Of a stretch of 39,910 bases of DNA, positions 29,342 to 38,041 are shown piece after piece. The stretch is taken from NCBI GenBank assembly GCA_016204005.1, contig JACQLS010000021.1, forward strand, positions 1 through 39,910, read 5' to 3'. The translations under genes were made by a program, and so were the position numbers. How positions within the stretch are numbered: the first letter of the stretch is position 1; every line of letters starts with the position of its first letter. The notes under the pieces were generated by a model. That model was given only the letters and a program-made list of their open reading frames with translations, was not told the origin of the DNA and did no database searches. Source of the DNA: Parcubacteria group bacterium. Its GTDB lineage: Bacteria; Patescibacteriota; Minisyncoccia; Phycocordibacterales; UBA2135.

Positions 29342-30025
29342 CTACGCTCCCGACACCACAATAACAAACTCTCCCCTCACTTTATCGGGGTTGGATTCCA
29401 AATACGCCATCACCTCCTTCGCGGTGCCCCGTATCACTTCCTCATGAATCTTCGTCAGCTCTTTGGCTACAACAACAAGGCGATTTTCGGAAAGGTGCTC
29501 CGCGAGCGAGGATAGCGTTTTCATGAGACGGTGGGGAGATTCACAGAAGACGACAGTCCGCTCCTCCTTCGCAATTTCACCGAATAGTGTTTGCCGCCCC
29601 TTTTTGTGTGGCAAAAATCCTAAAAAAAGAAACTCTGACGCCGGTACTCCGGAGATCGAAAGCGCCGCAACAACCGCTGATGGCCCGGGAATGGCAACAA
29701 TGCTTACTTCGTCGCCAAAACGCTCCCGCACCAATGCGACAAGTTTAACCCCGGGGTCCGAAATGGTCGGGGTACCAGCATCTGAAACCAGGGCGAGATT
29801 TTTGCCCTCGCCAAGTAAGGCCAAGATTTTGTCGGTCTTCTTGAGGGTGCTCTGAGCATGATAACTCTCTACCGGGGTCTTTATATCATGCCGCAGAAGT
29901 AGCTTTTTTGTTACACGCGTGTCTTCGCACACTATCAAATCCACTTCCTTAAGTATCCTGAGCGAACGAAGCGTGACATCTTCCAAGTTCCCTATGGGTG
30001 TTCCCACAATGTAAAGCGTTGGCAT
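29342..30025 (-). CDS. rsmI: 16S rRNA (cytidine1402-2'-O)-methyltransferase
   Basis: LYIVGTPIGNLEDVT, CEDTRVT, LVSDAGTPTISDPG, IPGPSA, ESPHRL, KELTKIHEE, RGEFVIVV. Confidence 0.96.
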   Translation of the reverse strand: MPTLYIVGTPIGNLEDVTLRSLRILKEVDLIVCEDTRVTKKLLLRHDIKTPVESYHAQSTLKKTDKILALLGEGKNLALVSDAGTPTISDPGVKLVALVRERFGDEVSIVAIPGPSAVVAALSISGVPASEFLFLGFLPHKKGRQTLFGEIAKEERTVVFCESPHRLMKTLSSLAEHLSENRLVVVAKELTKIHEEVIRGTAKEVMAYLESNPDKVRGEFVIVVSGA

Positions 30026-30027
30026 GA

Positions 30028-31347
30028 TTATGACATTATCAGTTCTTCAGCGATTTTATAAATGTCTCCGGCTCCTATCGTGAACACAACGGTTTCTCGG
30101 CCTGTATTCTGTTTCAGATATTCCCCAACTGATTGAAGGTCTGAAAACCCATGGGCCTGTTTCCCTGTGTGTCCAACTGCTTCAGCAAGCACGTGCGCGT
30201 TTATGCTCGGATCTTCTTCCTCGCGAGCGGCATAAATGGGAGCAATGAGCACTTCATCAGCATCCTCAAAACTCTTGGCAAAATCATTAAAAAGAAGCTT
30301 TGTTCTGCTGTAGAGATGCGGATGGAAAACGGCAATGATGCGTTTGGAGGGAAATTGCGCGCGCGCCGTTTTAAGCGTCGCCTTAATCGCGGTTGGATGA
30401 TGCGCATAGTCGTCATATACAAGAGCACCTCTTGAGGTCTCTCCTTTGTATTCAAATCGTCGCCATGTGCCGACAAAAAAAGAAAGGGCCTCGCGGGCCG
30501 CGCTTTCGGCAATAGGAGTACTCTGTTTCATTTTATTGAACGCCGAGACGGCGCCGAGCGCGGCTTGGGCATTTTTCTTGTTGTGCTCGCCTGGCACATT
30601 GAGAGAGAGCGTGTTCACGTCCATTTTTGCATAATCGATGACAGAAGCGTTGATGTCTCCAACGGCCGACATAACAACCTGGTCGTTCGCGTTGGAAACG
30701 ACAAAACCTCCTTTTGGCACCTTGGACGCAAGTTCATGAAATGCTTGCTTGATATTCTCGAGGTTCTTATAAAAATCGAGGTGGTCTTCCTCAATGTTAG
30801 TGATGACCAAAATGGCGGGATGGAGATGTAGAAAGTGCCGCTTGTGTTCGCACGCTTCAACAATAAAAAGGTCACTCTCTCCCGGTACAAAGTTGCTTCC
30901 GTACTTTTTCAGGAGACTCCCGACAATGACCGTCGGCTTATGTCCTGCGCGGATAAAAATCTCCGCAATCATTCCGGTCGTCGTGGTTTTCCCGTGTGTG
31001 CCCGAAATCGCTATGGTTAATTTCCCTTTTGACACAGTGCCAAGTGTTTCAAAGTAATTAAGGACTGGCACGGAGAGCGTACGCGCACGCATAAGTTCCG
31101 GATTATCCTCGGAAATAGCGGCCGTGTAGACCACCACATCAACATCGGCTGGAACATTACTTTCTCTTTGTTCAAATGAAACCCCAATCCCCTTTCGCTC
31201 CAAAAGCTCCGTCACTGGAGAGGGCTCTCGATCAGAGCCCGTGACAATCGCCCCCTCATGCAAAAAAAGCTGGGCAAGCGCCGACATGCCAATACCACCA
31301 ATACCGATGAAATGGGCCTTTTTAACCTTCTTCACGTCGAAAGACAT
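30028..31347 (-). CDS. murC: UDP-N-acetylmuramate--L-alanine ligase
   Basis: HFIGIGGIGMSALA, GTHGKTTT, EACE, NIEEDHLD, PGEHN, DDYAHHPTAI, HPHLYSRT, GAGDI; start moved to ATG 31347. Confidence 0.96.
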   Translation of the reverse strand: MSFDVKKVKKAHFIGIGGIGMSALAQLFLHEGAIVTGSDREPSPVTELLERKGIGVSFEQRESNVPADVDVVVYTAAISEDNPELMRARTLSVPVLNYFETLGTVSKGKLTIAISGTHGKTTTTGMIAEIFIRAGHKPTVIVGSLLKKYGSNFVPGESDLFIVEACEHKRHFLHLHPAILVITNIEEDHLDFYKNLENIKQAFHELASKVPKGGFVVSNANDQVVMSAVGDINASVIDYAKMDVNTLSLNVPGEHNKKNAQAALGAVSAFNKMKQSTPIAESAAREALSFFVGTWRRFEYKGETSRGALVYDDYAHHPTAIKATLKTARAQFPSKRIIAVFHPHLYSRTKLLFNDFAKSFEDADEVLIAPIYAAREEEDPSINAHVLAEAVGHTGKQAHGFSDLQSVGEYLKQNTGRETVVFTIGAGDIYKIAEELIMS

Positions 31348-31353
31348 GGCTTC

Positions 31354-31382
31354 AGTATAGCGAAACAGATGACTGTTGACAA
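31354..31382 (-). promoter_or_regulatory. Sigma70-like promoter giving leaderless murC mRNA
   Basis: TTGTCA-17 nt-TATACT, then 6 nt to ATG. Confidence 0.65.
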
Positions 31383-31407
31383 CTATATGTAAAAATGGTA
31401 ACAAACT

Positions 31408-31833
31408 ATGAGTCCCCTCAAACGACTGGTGCGAACGATGGCAACCAAACTGAACAGACGCGACCAAGCTATCGTCGATTGGTTCAAGAAGAATCGTCCG
31501 GAAGATGCCCCAAACGTCAGGGATGTCCTTTTGGGAGACGACCCTCGTGATCGGGGTGTGCAAGCTCTCGCTGCCTGCGTTTTCGAGGCCGGACGCCAGT
31601 TCCAGAACGAAAACCCTGGCACTACGCCAGGTGACGTCAACTGTTACTTGCACGATGTCCCGCTTCCCGAAAAGCCGAGACCAAAGAAAATTGTCACCCG
31701 CAAGGATGGTGACTACTTCCGCGCGAAGGTCGGCGAAGGAGAGGAGGTCAAAGCCCTAACGGAATCCGGGGCCATTGCCAAACTTATCCAGACCCATCCT
31801 GAACTATTCGGGATTGAGATCGACTTTCAATAG
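31408..31833 (+). CDS. Hypothetical protein (start may be 31438)
   Basis: Clean ORF between murC and the PgeF-like gene; TTGACA at 31376 and a terminator downstream. Confidence 0.7.
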   Translation: MSPLKRLVRTMATKLNRRDQAIVDWFKKNRPEDAPNVRDVLLGDDPRDRGVQALAACVFEAGRQFQNENPGTTPGDVNCYLHDVPLPEKPRPKKIVTRKDGDYFRAKVGEGEEVKALTESGAIAKLIQTHPELFGIEIDFQ

Positions 31834-31857
31834 ATACAATTGCGAGTACGTTACGGG

Positions 31858-31885
31858 CGGGGGTGTTCTGCACTCCCGTTTTTTT
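31858..31885 (+). terminator. Intrinsic terminator
   Basis: CGGGGGTG-TTCTG-CACTCCCG-TTTTTTT. Confidence 0.8.
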
Positions 31886-31960
31886 ATTGCCCCGACGTGA
31901 TTGACGACAAAGAAAAAACCGTGTAATAAAGACAGAGAACTTCTACGCGGGTAGCGCTTC

Positions 31961-32779
31961 ATGCGTTACGCAAGACACTCCGGAAACGCCCTGGTTGTGG
32001 TGTGTGGGAAGCGCTCCCTCGACCACCTCACCGGCTTTCGTGTCGGTTGGAATGATCGCTCGGATAAAAACGAGGCACCGCCATTCTTTGGAACGCTCGC
32101 GCAGTTCGCACGTTCCCAAAGCTGGATTACGCCGCACATTCTCGCCCCCGACATCACCGCCTTTACTGGAAATGTTGTCTCCGAAGCTGACCTGGACCGA
32201 TGCTTTTACGCAAAGGGTGTGAGTATCTACTGGGGATGCGCCGCTGATGGGGTCACTATTCCTCCGGGGTATACTGCATTTTTCCCAACAGGCGACTGTC
32301 CAACAATCGTCGCCCATCACTACCCATCGCAGAAGCTAATTGCCGCACATGCAGGACTTAAATCACTTCTTCCAGAAGGGAAGGTTGTGAAGAATGTCCT
32401 CGCCTCGTTTGATGCAAAGATCCCCAGAGAAGAAATCTTCGTGCACGTTATTTGTTCTATCGCACCGACGCACTTTGTATACTCACCGCACCACCCACTC
32501 TACGGTGAGGGGAACAGAAAGATCTTGGATGAGATCCGCGCAATAGACAAACGATCGGCAAGCGATGAGGGTGAGATCAATCTCTATCGCCTCATCCATT
32601 CGCTGTTACGCCAAAACGGAGTGCCCGCCCAAAACATAGACACGGACGGGCTCGATACATTTAGTGACGCTGATCTTTGGAGTCACGTGCGAGGAGAACA
32701 AGGACGCAACGGTATTTTTGTCATCAATAAAAAGCCTAGAGACGCCTCGGATAGCGACCGAGGCTTTTGTTTTTCTTAG
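31961..32779 (+). CDS. YfiH/PgeF (laccase-domain, DUF152) family protein, divergent
   Basis: ADGV...TGDCPTI...AAHAG, INLY, LDTF, WSHVR...GRN. Confidence 0.8.
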   Translation: MRYARHSGNALVVVCGKRSLDHLTGFRVGWNDRSDKNEAPPFFGTLAQFARSQSWITPHILAPDITAFTGNVVSEADLDRCFYAKGVSIYWGCAADGVTIPPGYTAFFPTGDCPTIVAHHYPSQKLIAAHAGLKSLLPEGKVVKNVLASFDAKIPREEIFVHVICSIAPTHFVYSPHHPLYGEGNRKILDEIRAIDKRSASDEGEINLYRLIHSLLRQNGVPAQNIDTDGLDTFSDADLWSHVRGEQGRNGIFVINKKPRDASDSDRGFCFS

Positions 32780-32793
32780 AGCCCGCTCACCTC

Positions 32794-34122
32794 TTAAATC
32801 TCGTTGACGAGTTTTGTGAACTGATCCCCGCGGTCATATTCATTCTTGAACAAGCCGAAAGAGGCAAACGCCGGAGAAAAGAGAATCGTATCCCCCCGCT
32901 CCGCTTTTTTCAATGCCATTTCAAGCGCCTCTTTCAAACTGAAAACTTTAATTAGGGTGTAGGTTGCAGGTTCTAGGTGTAACTTTTCTGTGCCAGTACC
33001 AGGAAGTAGCACGACTGTTTTGCAATATGTTGGCAATACTTCCAAAAGACCTCCCATGTCGAGCCCCTTGTCTGCGCCGCCCATAATGAGGATGGTATTG
33101 GGCGCTCCTTTATGAAGCGTCTTTAGCGATGCGAGGGTCGCGTCGGGCGAAGTTGCGTTCGTATCGTTATAGAACTTCAGACCATTTATTTCGCGTAGAA
33201 GCTCGATTCGTCCAGGTAGACCCTTGAACGCTTCGAGTGCTTTTTTTGACACCTCGTCAGAAACACCGAGCGCGCGAACCGCCTCAAGCGCAAGTGATGC
33301 ATTGTAACGGTTGTGGTCGCCCGGGATGGCGAGCTTCCAATGCGTGGGAAGCCCGGCCTCATCTGCGACCACGACCGTTCCGTGGATATCTTTTTTGTAC
33401 TTCTCAATTGCTCCTAAAGCCTGACTCCCAACAATGAGTGTGTCGTCTTGTTTTTGGTAAAGAAAAATGTTCGCCTTGTCTTGAAGATACGCATCCATAT
33501 CCCCTTTGTAGTAATTCATGTGGTCAGGATATAACGTCGCAAACACAGAAATGTTCGGACTTATCTTGCTTTCTCCGAATCCTTGGAGTTGCCACGAATC
33601 GAGCTCAAAGACGCCAATCGATTGGGCTCGTACTTCCTTGAGGAGTGGGAGTGTGGCAACGCCGCGAACATTGCCGCCCAAAAGCACATGCTGCCCCGAT
33701 GCCTTTAGGACATCCGCGATCATATGCGTAATGGTGGACTTACCCCGCGTGCCCGTTACTCCGACGATCGGTATTCCGGCAAGACGCGCGAAGAGCGACG
33801 CGCTCATCTCTATGGGGATGTTGCGCTTCCTTGCTTCATCAATATACGGAGAATGAGATGGCACCCCTGCCCCGCGCAAGATAAAATCCTTGTCTTGAAA
33901 ATCTTCCAGGCGATGTTCCCCGAGAACAAAGGATACGTTCGGGAAGTGTTTGAGCTTGTCTGTTGATTCTCTAAGATCTTCCTCCGACTTGAGATCGGTC
34001 ACCACGAGTGAGGCTCCGCACTCAGCTAAAAACGCGGCATCACCAACGCCCCGCCCAAGGAGCCCGAGACCAGCTACTGTTATTTTCTTGCCGCGAAATG
34101 GTTCACAAAAATCCCTTTGCAT
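32794..34122 (-). CDS. murD: UDP-N-acetylmuramoyl-L-alanine--D-glutamate ligase
   Basis: GLGLLGRG, GVTGTRGKST, LGGN, ELDSWQL, PDHMNYY, GDHN, FYNDTNATSP, GGADKGL, SPAFASFGLFKNEYDRG; start 34122 or 34128. Confidence 0.95.
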   Translation of the reverse strand: MQRDFCEPFRGKKITVAGLGLLGRGVGDAAFLAECGASLVVTDLKSEEDLRESTDKLKHFPNVSFVLGEHRLEDFQDKDFILRGAGVPSHSPYIDEARKRNIPIEMSASLFARLAGIPIVGVTGTRGKSTITHMIADVLKASGQHVLLGGNVRGVATLPLLKEVRAQSIGVFELDSWQLQGFGESKISPNISVFATLYPDHMNYYKGDMDAYLQDKANIFLYQKQDDTLIVGSQALGAIEKYKKDIHGTVVVADEAGLPTHWKLAIPGDHNRYNASLALEAVRALGVSDEVSKKALEAFKGLPGRIELLREINGLKFYNDTNATSPDATLASLKTLHKGAPNTILIMGGADKGLDMGGLLEVLPTYCKTVVLLPGTGTEKLHLEPATYTLIKVFSLKEALEMALKKAERGDTILFSPAFASFGLFKNEYDRGDQFTKLVNEI

Positions 34123-34189
34123 ATTCATATTCTACAACACATATCGGCCTAGATATGTGACAGGTCGCCATGGGTTGATTGAAAAAGAC

Positions 34190-34218
34190 TTGACTTTTCA
34201 GTAGTATTATGATACAAT
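34190..34218 (+). promoter_or_regulatory. Strong sigma70-like promoter
   Basis: TTGACT-17 nt-TACAAT. Confidence 0.7.
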
Positions 34219-34269
34219 AATAAAGGTACCAACGCTCCCTTATGCGGGGAGCCCTTCGGAGGAACGCAC

Positions 34270-35052
34270 ATGAACATGTTGATGAAGCAGCTGATGGTTC
34301 AGTGGTTCGCGTACCGCCTCGCTTGCGGCCCAAACTGCGAGTGCGCCGCGGAAACCTTGCGGCACCTCGAACTGCTCGCACGGCTTGAGCAGGTCAAGCG
34401 TCGAGCCCAGGAACAGCAGCGCCGCAACCAGATGGTCGCAGTCGCCGGACGCTTGAGCCCCGCGATGGCGTTCATTGTCGAGAGCACCTTGGCACAGGCA
34501 TCGATCGACAGCGAGGTCGCCGAGGTCACGTTCAAGGCCACGTCGATCAGCTCGACCGGCATCTCGATGGCGACGGTTACGATCGACCCCGACGGCTACT
34601 CGGCGGAGTCGGTCTCGCTCGAGGTCAGCGTCGACCACGAAGATGTGGTCCACGGCGACGGCTTCACCATGCACCCCGTGGACGACTGGCACATCCCGGG
34701 CGGACACCTTGACGATGGGATCTCCACCGAAGCGGCGATGCGCGAAGCTCTGGCGGAGGCCAACTTGGCAATCGTCGGCGGCGGATCGCTTCGTGACGTG
34801 GGTGACCAGTGGGAACGGAGAATGGCAGACCTTCAAGCGAATCTGCCCTTCGCCGACTTCGGGACTCGTCGCAGTTCGAGTTGGGCCCACAGCCACCTCA
34901 CCGAACGGGTCGCCGCCATGAGAAGTCGGAATGGACGGCAGCGTATGCCGCTCAATATCATGGCACTCGAGCCCTCGGTTGAGTCGCGGCGGCCTCCGCA
35001 GCGTTTGCTGGCTTCGCCGCCGGCGACGCTGAGGCTGACATACCAGCCGTAA
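34270..35052 (+). CDS. High-GC orphan protein with a degenerate Nudix-box-like motif
   Basis: GGAGG 7 nt upstream, strong G/C third-position bias, own promoter and terminator; WHIPGGHLDDGISTEAAMREALAEANL. Confidence 0.75.
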   Translation: MNMLMKQLMVQWFAYRLACGPNCECAAETLRHLELLARLEQVKRRAQEQQRRNQMVAVAGRLSPAMAFIVESTLAQASIDSEVAEVTFKATSISSTGISMATVTIDPDGYSAESVSLEVSVDHEDVVHGDGFTMHPVDDWHIPGGHLDDGISTEAAMREALAEANLAIVGGGSLRDVGDQWERRMADLQANLPFADFGTRRSSSWAHSHLTERVAAMRSRNGRQRMPLNIMALEPSVESRRPPQRLLASPPATLRLTYQP

Positions 35053-35066
35053 CGGACTGAAGAAAA

Positions 35067-35100
35067 AATGGCGGGAGCGCATGAGCGCGCTCCCGCCATT
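35067..35100. terminator. 14-bp perfect hairpin, probable terminator
   Basis: AATGGCGGGAGCGC-ATGAGC-GCGCTCCCGCCATT. Confidence 0.75.
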
Positions 35101-35153
35101 ACTATTTTGGGGGAGAAAAATACTCCTCTTTTTTTATGCTACAATGGCTCATT

Positions 35154-35408
35154 ATGGAATTGGTTACTCTCATCGGCTTTCTGGCAGGCACCTTTACGAC
35201 GATTTCATTCTTGCCGCAAGTTATCAAAATTTGGAAAACAAAGGAGACAAAAAGTATTTCACTTTTAATGTACGTCTCCTTTACCGTGGGTGTCGCTTTG
35301 TGGCTATGTTACGGCATACTGCTTAACGAAGCACCTTTATATGTTGTAAACGGCGTAACTTTGGTACTCACATCTTCGGTCCTCTTCCTCAAGATCAAAT
35401 ACGGCTAG
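35154..35408 (+). CDS. SemiSWEET (PQ-loop) sugar transporter
   Basis: IGFLAGTFTTISFLPQVIKIWKTKETKSIS...LWLCYG...N; start moved to ATG 35154. Confidence 0.93.
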   Translation: MELVTLIGFLAGTFTTISFLPQVIKIWKTKETKSISLLMYVSFTVGVALWLCYGILLNEAPLYVVNGVTLVLTSSVLFLKIKYG

Positions 35409-35415
35409 TACTACT

Positions 35416-35442
35416 AAAAAGGCGCGCCCATGGCGTGCCTTT
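35416..35442. terminator. Bidirectional terminator between convergent genes
   Basis: AAAAA-GGCGCGCC-CAT-GGCGTGCC-TTT. Confidence 0.7.
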
Positions 35443-35457
35443 GCATTACCTTTGTAA

Positions 35458-35652
35458 TCAACGCGAGAGTGTTAATCCGCCCAAGCGTGTGAGGATGCGA
35501 TCCAACAGTACAAAGGTAAAGCCGAGACCGGAGGCAACAGCAAGCGAAAGGAAAAATGCTTCATCGAGCTGTCCGTTGTGGAGAAACATAAAGATACCGC
35601 TTGAAACTACCGCGCCAAGATACAAGAACGGGAGCAAGACCTTCATTTTCAC
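35458..35652 (-). CDS. Small 2-TM membrane protein
   Basis: VLLPFLYLGAVVSSGIFMFL...AFFLSLAVASGLGFTFVLL; TTGACT-16 nt-TAGTAT upstream. Confidence 0.6.
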   Translation of the reverse strand: MKMKVLLPFLYLGAVVSSGIFMFLHNGQLDEAFFLSLAVASGLGFTFVLLDRILTRLGGLTLSR

Positions 35653-35699
35653 AACCCCGTATTTATTCTTTCCACATACTACAGGCGATCAAGAAGAAG

Positions 35700-35745
35700 T
35701 CAAAAAACACTCCAATGATCTTGAGATTGTTGGAGTGTTTTTTGA
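35700..35745 (-). terminator. Long hairpin after the peroxiredoxin gene
   Basis: TCAAAAAACACTCCAA...TTGGAGTGTTTTTTGA, 16-bp perfect arms. Confidence 0.75.
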
Positions 35746-35761
35746 TCCGCGAGAAAGATAT

Positions 35762-36307
35762 CTACTGCGCTGATTTTAAATACTTAAGCATCGTGTCTGC
35801 GCCACTCACTTCAAAAGGGTCTTGGGGGCTGTTATCCATAAATCCCGGCTCTATGAACGCCTTTTTGATTTCGCCATCTTCGACATAAGCACTATAGCGC
35901 CATGAACGAGCGCCAAAGCCGAGGTTATCCTTGCGCACGAGCATGCCCATTTTTTCGGTGAATTCACCCGATCCGTCAGGGATGAGCCGCACCTTTTTAA
36001 AACCAAGCTTTTTGCCCCACGCATTCATTACGAATGTATCATTCACTGAAAGGCAGAAGACATCATCAATGCCAAGTTTCTTAAATTCGTCGTAATGATC
36101 TTCGTATCCGGGGAGGTGCCTTGAATCACATGTCGGCGTGAATGCTCCCGGCAATGCAAAGAGCACCACTTTCTTGCCCCTGAAAAGATCGCCTGTAGTG
36201 ATGTTCTGCCAATCACGCGCGTCATCTCCGCAAACATTTTCATCACTCACCCGAGTGCGAAACATCACATCGGGAACATGCTTTGGTAATTGCGGTGTTT
36301 TAGTCAT
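35762..36307 (-). CDS. Peroxiredoxin (Prx5-like/redoxin)
   Basis: LPGAFTPTCDSRHLPG, CLSVNDTFVMNAW, PDGSGEFT, RSWRYS. Confidence 0.94.
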   Translation of the reverse strand: MTKTPQLPKHVPDVMFRTRVSDENVCGDDARDWQNITTGDLFRGKKVVLFALPGAFTPTCDSRHLPGYEDHYDEFKKLGIDDVFCLSVNDTFVMNAWGKKLGFKKVRLIPDGSGEFTEKMGMLVRKDNLGFGARSWRYSAYVEDGEIKKAFIEPGFMDNSPQDPFEVSGADTMLKYLKSAQ

Positions 36308-36344
36308 GCTTTTTTATATTCTTGATTATGAATAATGTTACAAA

Positions 36345-36426
36345 TGGGCGTGGAGAGATTCGAACTCTCAACCCTTGCGGGATACGCTTCTGAAGCGTAC
36401 GCGTATGCCAGTTCCGCCACACGCCC
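36345..36426 (-). tRNA. tRNA-Leu(CAG), CCA not encoded
   Basis: GGGCGTG...TACGC-TT-CAG-AA-GCGTA, long variable arm CCC-GCAA-GGG, GAGAG-TTCGAAT-CTCTC, CACGCCC-A; TTGCCT-17-TATTCT upstream. Confidence 0.96.
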
Positions 36427-36482
36427 AAAGATATTTAAAGAATAGAGGAACCCAAAAGGAAAGGCAATTCTATATATAGCGA

Positions 36483-36527
36483 GAGCCCCAAGCGGAGACG
36501 CGTTAGAACGCGTTCCGCAAGGGGCTC
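36483..36527. other. Long GC-rich hairpin in the 3' UTR of the small-protein pair
   Basis: GAGCCCC-AA-GCGGA-GACGCGT-TAGA-ACGCGT-TCCGC-AA-GGGGCTC. Confidence 0.6.
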
Positions 36528-36550
36528 CATTGCGACGTGGCCGACTGACG

Positions 36551-36724
36551 TTAGTGGCGTGCGCCGCATGCAGACGCACGCGAACGCCGATCTGCCTCGG
36601 CCATGCAGACGCCCATGAAGATACTCAAGAGCGCGACGCACACGCCGAGCATGATGACGATCGGGTCGGTGGCGGTGTAGATGAGCGCGAGGAACTGAGC
36701 GAAACCGGTGATGAATTCGATCAT
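36551..36724 (-). CDS. 57-aa membrane protein (MIEFITGFAQFLALIYTATDPIVIMLGVCVALLSIFMGVCMAEADRRSRASACGARH)
   Basis: Not in the ORF track; AAGGAG 6 nt before ATG, mostly C/G-ending codons, TM segment. Confidence 0.75.
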   Translation of the reverse strand: MIEFITGFAQFLALIYTATDPIVIMLGVCVALLSIFMGVCMAEADRRSRASACGARH

Positions 36725-36755
36725 TGTGGTCTCCTTGGTCTTGGGGGTTGGGAGT

Positions 36756-37064
36756 CTAGCCGACTTCAGGTCGGCCGATGCGCCAGTTGGCGCGAATCCA
36801 GTCGGCGAACCGTTTCGGCCAATTGATCATCCATACGGCCTGCGCAAAACAGCAGAGCGAGATGATGATCAAGATGGTCAAGGCGACTACTTGAGTCGTC
36901 GTCGGGGGCGCTAGGTTCAGGATTGAGATGTTGACGAACACCACAGTGAGCCCACCCAACACAAACCAGTAACCGCGTGTAGTGGGACCATGAGCAAAGC
37001 CTCGCGGGGCCAGAAGGGCTAACACGGCACCCACAAGAGCGAGCGCCACGAGCACGTTCGCCAT
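36756..37064 (-). CDS. 102-aa 3-TM membrane protein
   Basis: AAGGAGG 8 nt before ATG 37064 (MANVLVALALVGAVLALLA); three hydrophobic segments. Confidence 0.75.
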   Translation of the reverse strand: MANVLVALALVGAVLALLAPRGFAHGPTTRGYWFVLGGLTVVFVNISILNLAPPTTTQVVALTILIIISLCCFAQAVWMINWPKRFADWIRANWRIGRPEVG

Positions 37065-37142
37065 GCTTTCTTCCTCCTTCAAGGTACTTCTCCACGGCCC
37101 AATGCCGTAGAGGGTCTCGGTTCCTTAACCGATTATGCTTTA

Positions 37143-37171
37143 ATTATATCATATTTCACATATTAAGTCAA
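37143..37171 (-). promoter_or_regulatory. Near-consensus sigma70 promoter
   Basis: TTGACT-17 nt-TATAAT. Confidence 0.75.
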
Positions 37172-37240
37172 CCTTGAAGACGGGCTTGAAAAACCAGCTC
37201 TGTTGGGATATTCTCGGCGGAGACCCAGTGGAGAAAAACC

Positions 37241-37945
37241 ATGTCTCTCGTCTGCCATGAATGCGGCAATGACATACAGCCAAGCGATACCCTCCCCGCG
37301 CGCGAAGGTGGGATAATTCATCCTAATGTGATTTCACTTGCCTGGTTCCCTGACGGAAAGACATGGACGCGTGTGTTCGTGGAAGCGCCTCAAGGGATAG
37401 CGTGCTGCCTCGAATGCGTCGGGCGAAGTGTCCCTGGATACGATTTTGAACGCCTGACAAAGCTCACTCATGTTTGCGATGCTTACAACGCCGAAGTGAC
37501 GCTTAGGCGGCACGAGCAGAGCATGGAGGGTAAATGGATAGATATGGGAGGAAGGGAATTCAAGCGAAAACTCAAACTCGAAACTGCTTGGGAAGAAAAG
37601 TTGAAATTGGTCCCGACTGACGTCTGCCTCCTATGCAATGCAGACGTGTCGACAAATACAAAACCTTTTTTCACTTTCAAGGTGATGGACCGAGCTCATG
37701 GAGAAAAGCGACGTTCAGGCTTCGGTTCTTACCAATGGTCCCATATCAAGACGGGTGCAACTCATTTCTCTATCTGTTTTGCCTGTTGTCACACCCACCT
37801 ACCTCGCATATTCGAACAGATAAGCAACGAGCTCCGACAGACAGGGCAGTCAAACTTAGGTGAAGTTTGCAAGTCAGAACTGGTCATATCACCCGAGGTG
37901 ATTGATGAACTCCTTAAGGAGTCTGGCAACAAGTTTGTCCAGTAA
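37241..37945 (+). CDS. Hypothetical protein with two putative Zn-binding modules
   Basis: CHEC...CCLEC and CLLC...CFACC; GGAG upstream; TTGAAA-17-TATTCT at 37186-37214. Confidence 0.75.
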   Translation: MSLVCHECGNDIQPSDTLPAREGGIIHPNVISLAWFPDGKTWTRVFVEAPQGIACCLECVGRSVPGYDFERLTKLTHVCDAYNAEVTLRRHEQSMEGKWIDMGGREFKRKLKLETAWEEKLKLVPTDVCLLCNADVSTNTKPFFTFKVMDRAHGEKRRSGFGSYQWSHIKTGATHFSICFACCHTHLPRIFEQISNELRQTGQSNLGEVCKSELVISPEVIDELLKESGNKFVQ

Positions 37946-37952
37946 TCACAGC

Positions 37953-37976
37953 AAACCCACGACATGTCGTGGGTTT
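37953..37976. terminator. Perfect 24-bp palindrome, probable bidirectional terminator
   Basis: AAACCCACGACATGTCGTGGGTTT between the convergent CDS and tRNA unit. Confidence 0.75.
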
Positions 37977-38009
37977 TTAAAAGTCAGATGTTGGTGGGCG
38001 TGGAAGGAA

Positions 38010-38033
38010 TCCTTCGACTTCGCTCAGGACAAG
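38010..38033. repeat. REP-like insert in the T-loop of the outer tRNA
   Basis: TCCTTCGACTTCGCTCAGGACAAG splits TTCGA^TT; forms the hairpin TTCGACTT...AAGTCGAA. Confidence 0.7.
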
Positions 38034-38041
38034 TCGAACCG

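Noticed and set aside
31348..31653. N-terminal extensions in the ORF track (murC to 31653; likewise GT4s to 3737 and 11362, asnB from 11929)
   Set aside because: They overlap other genes or promoters, and family motifs begin at the downstream ATGs.
34240..35082. 280-aa antisense ORF and similar shadow ORFs across the window
   Set aside because: By-product of GC-rich codon bias; promoter, SD and terminator support the opposite strand.
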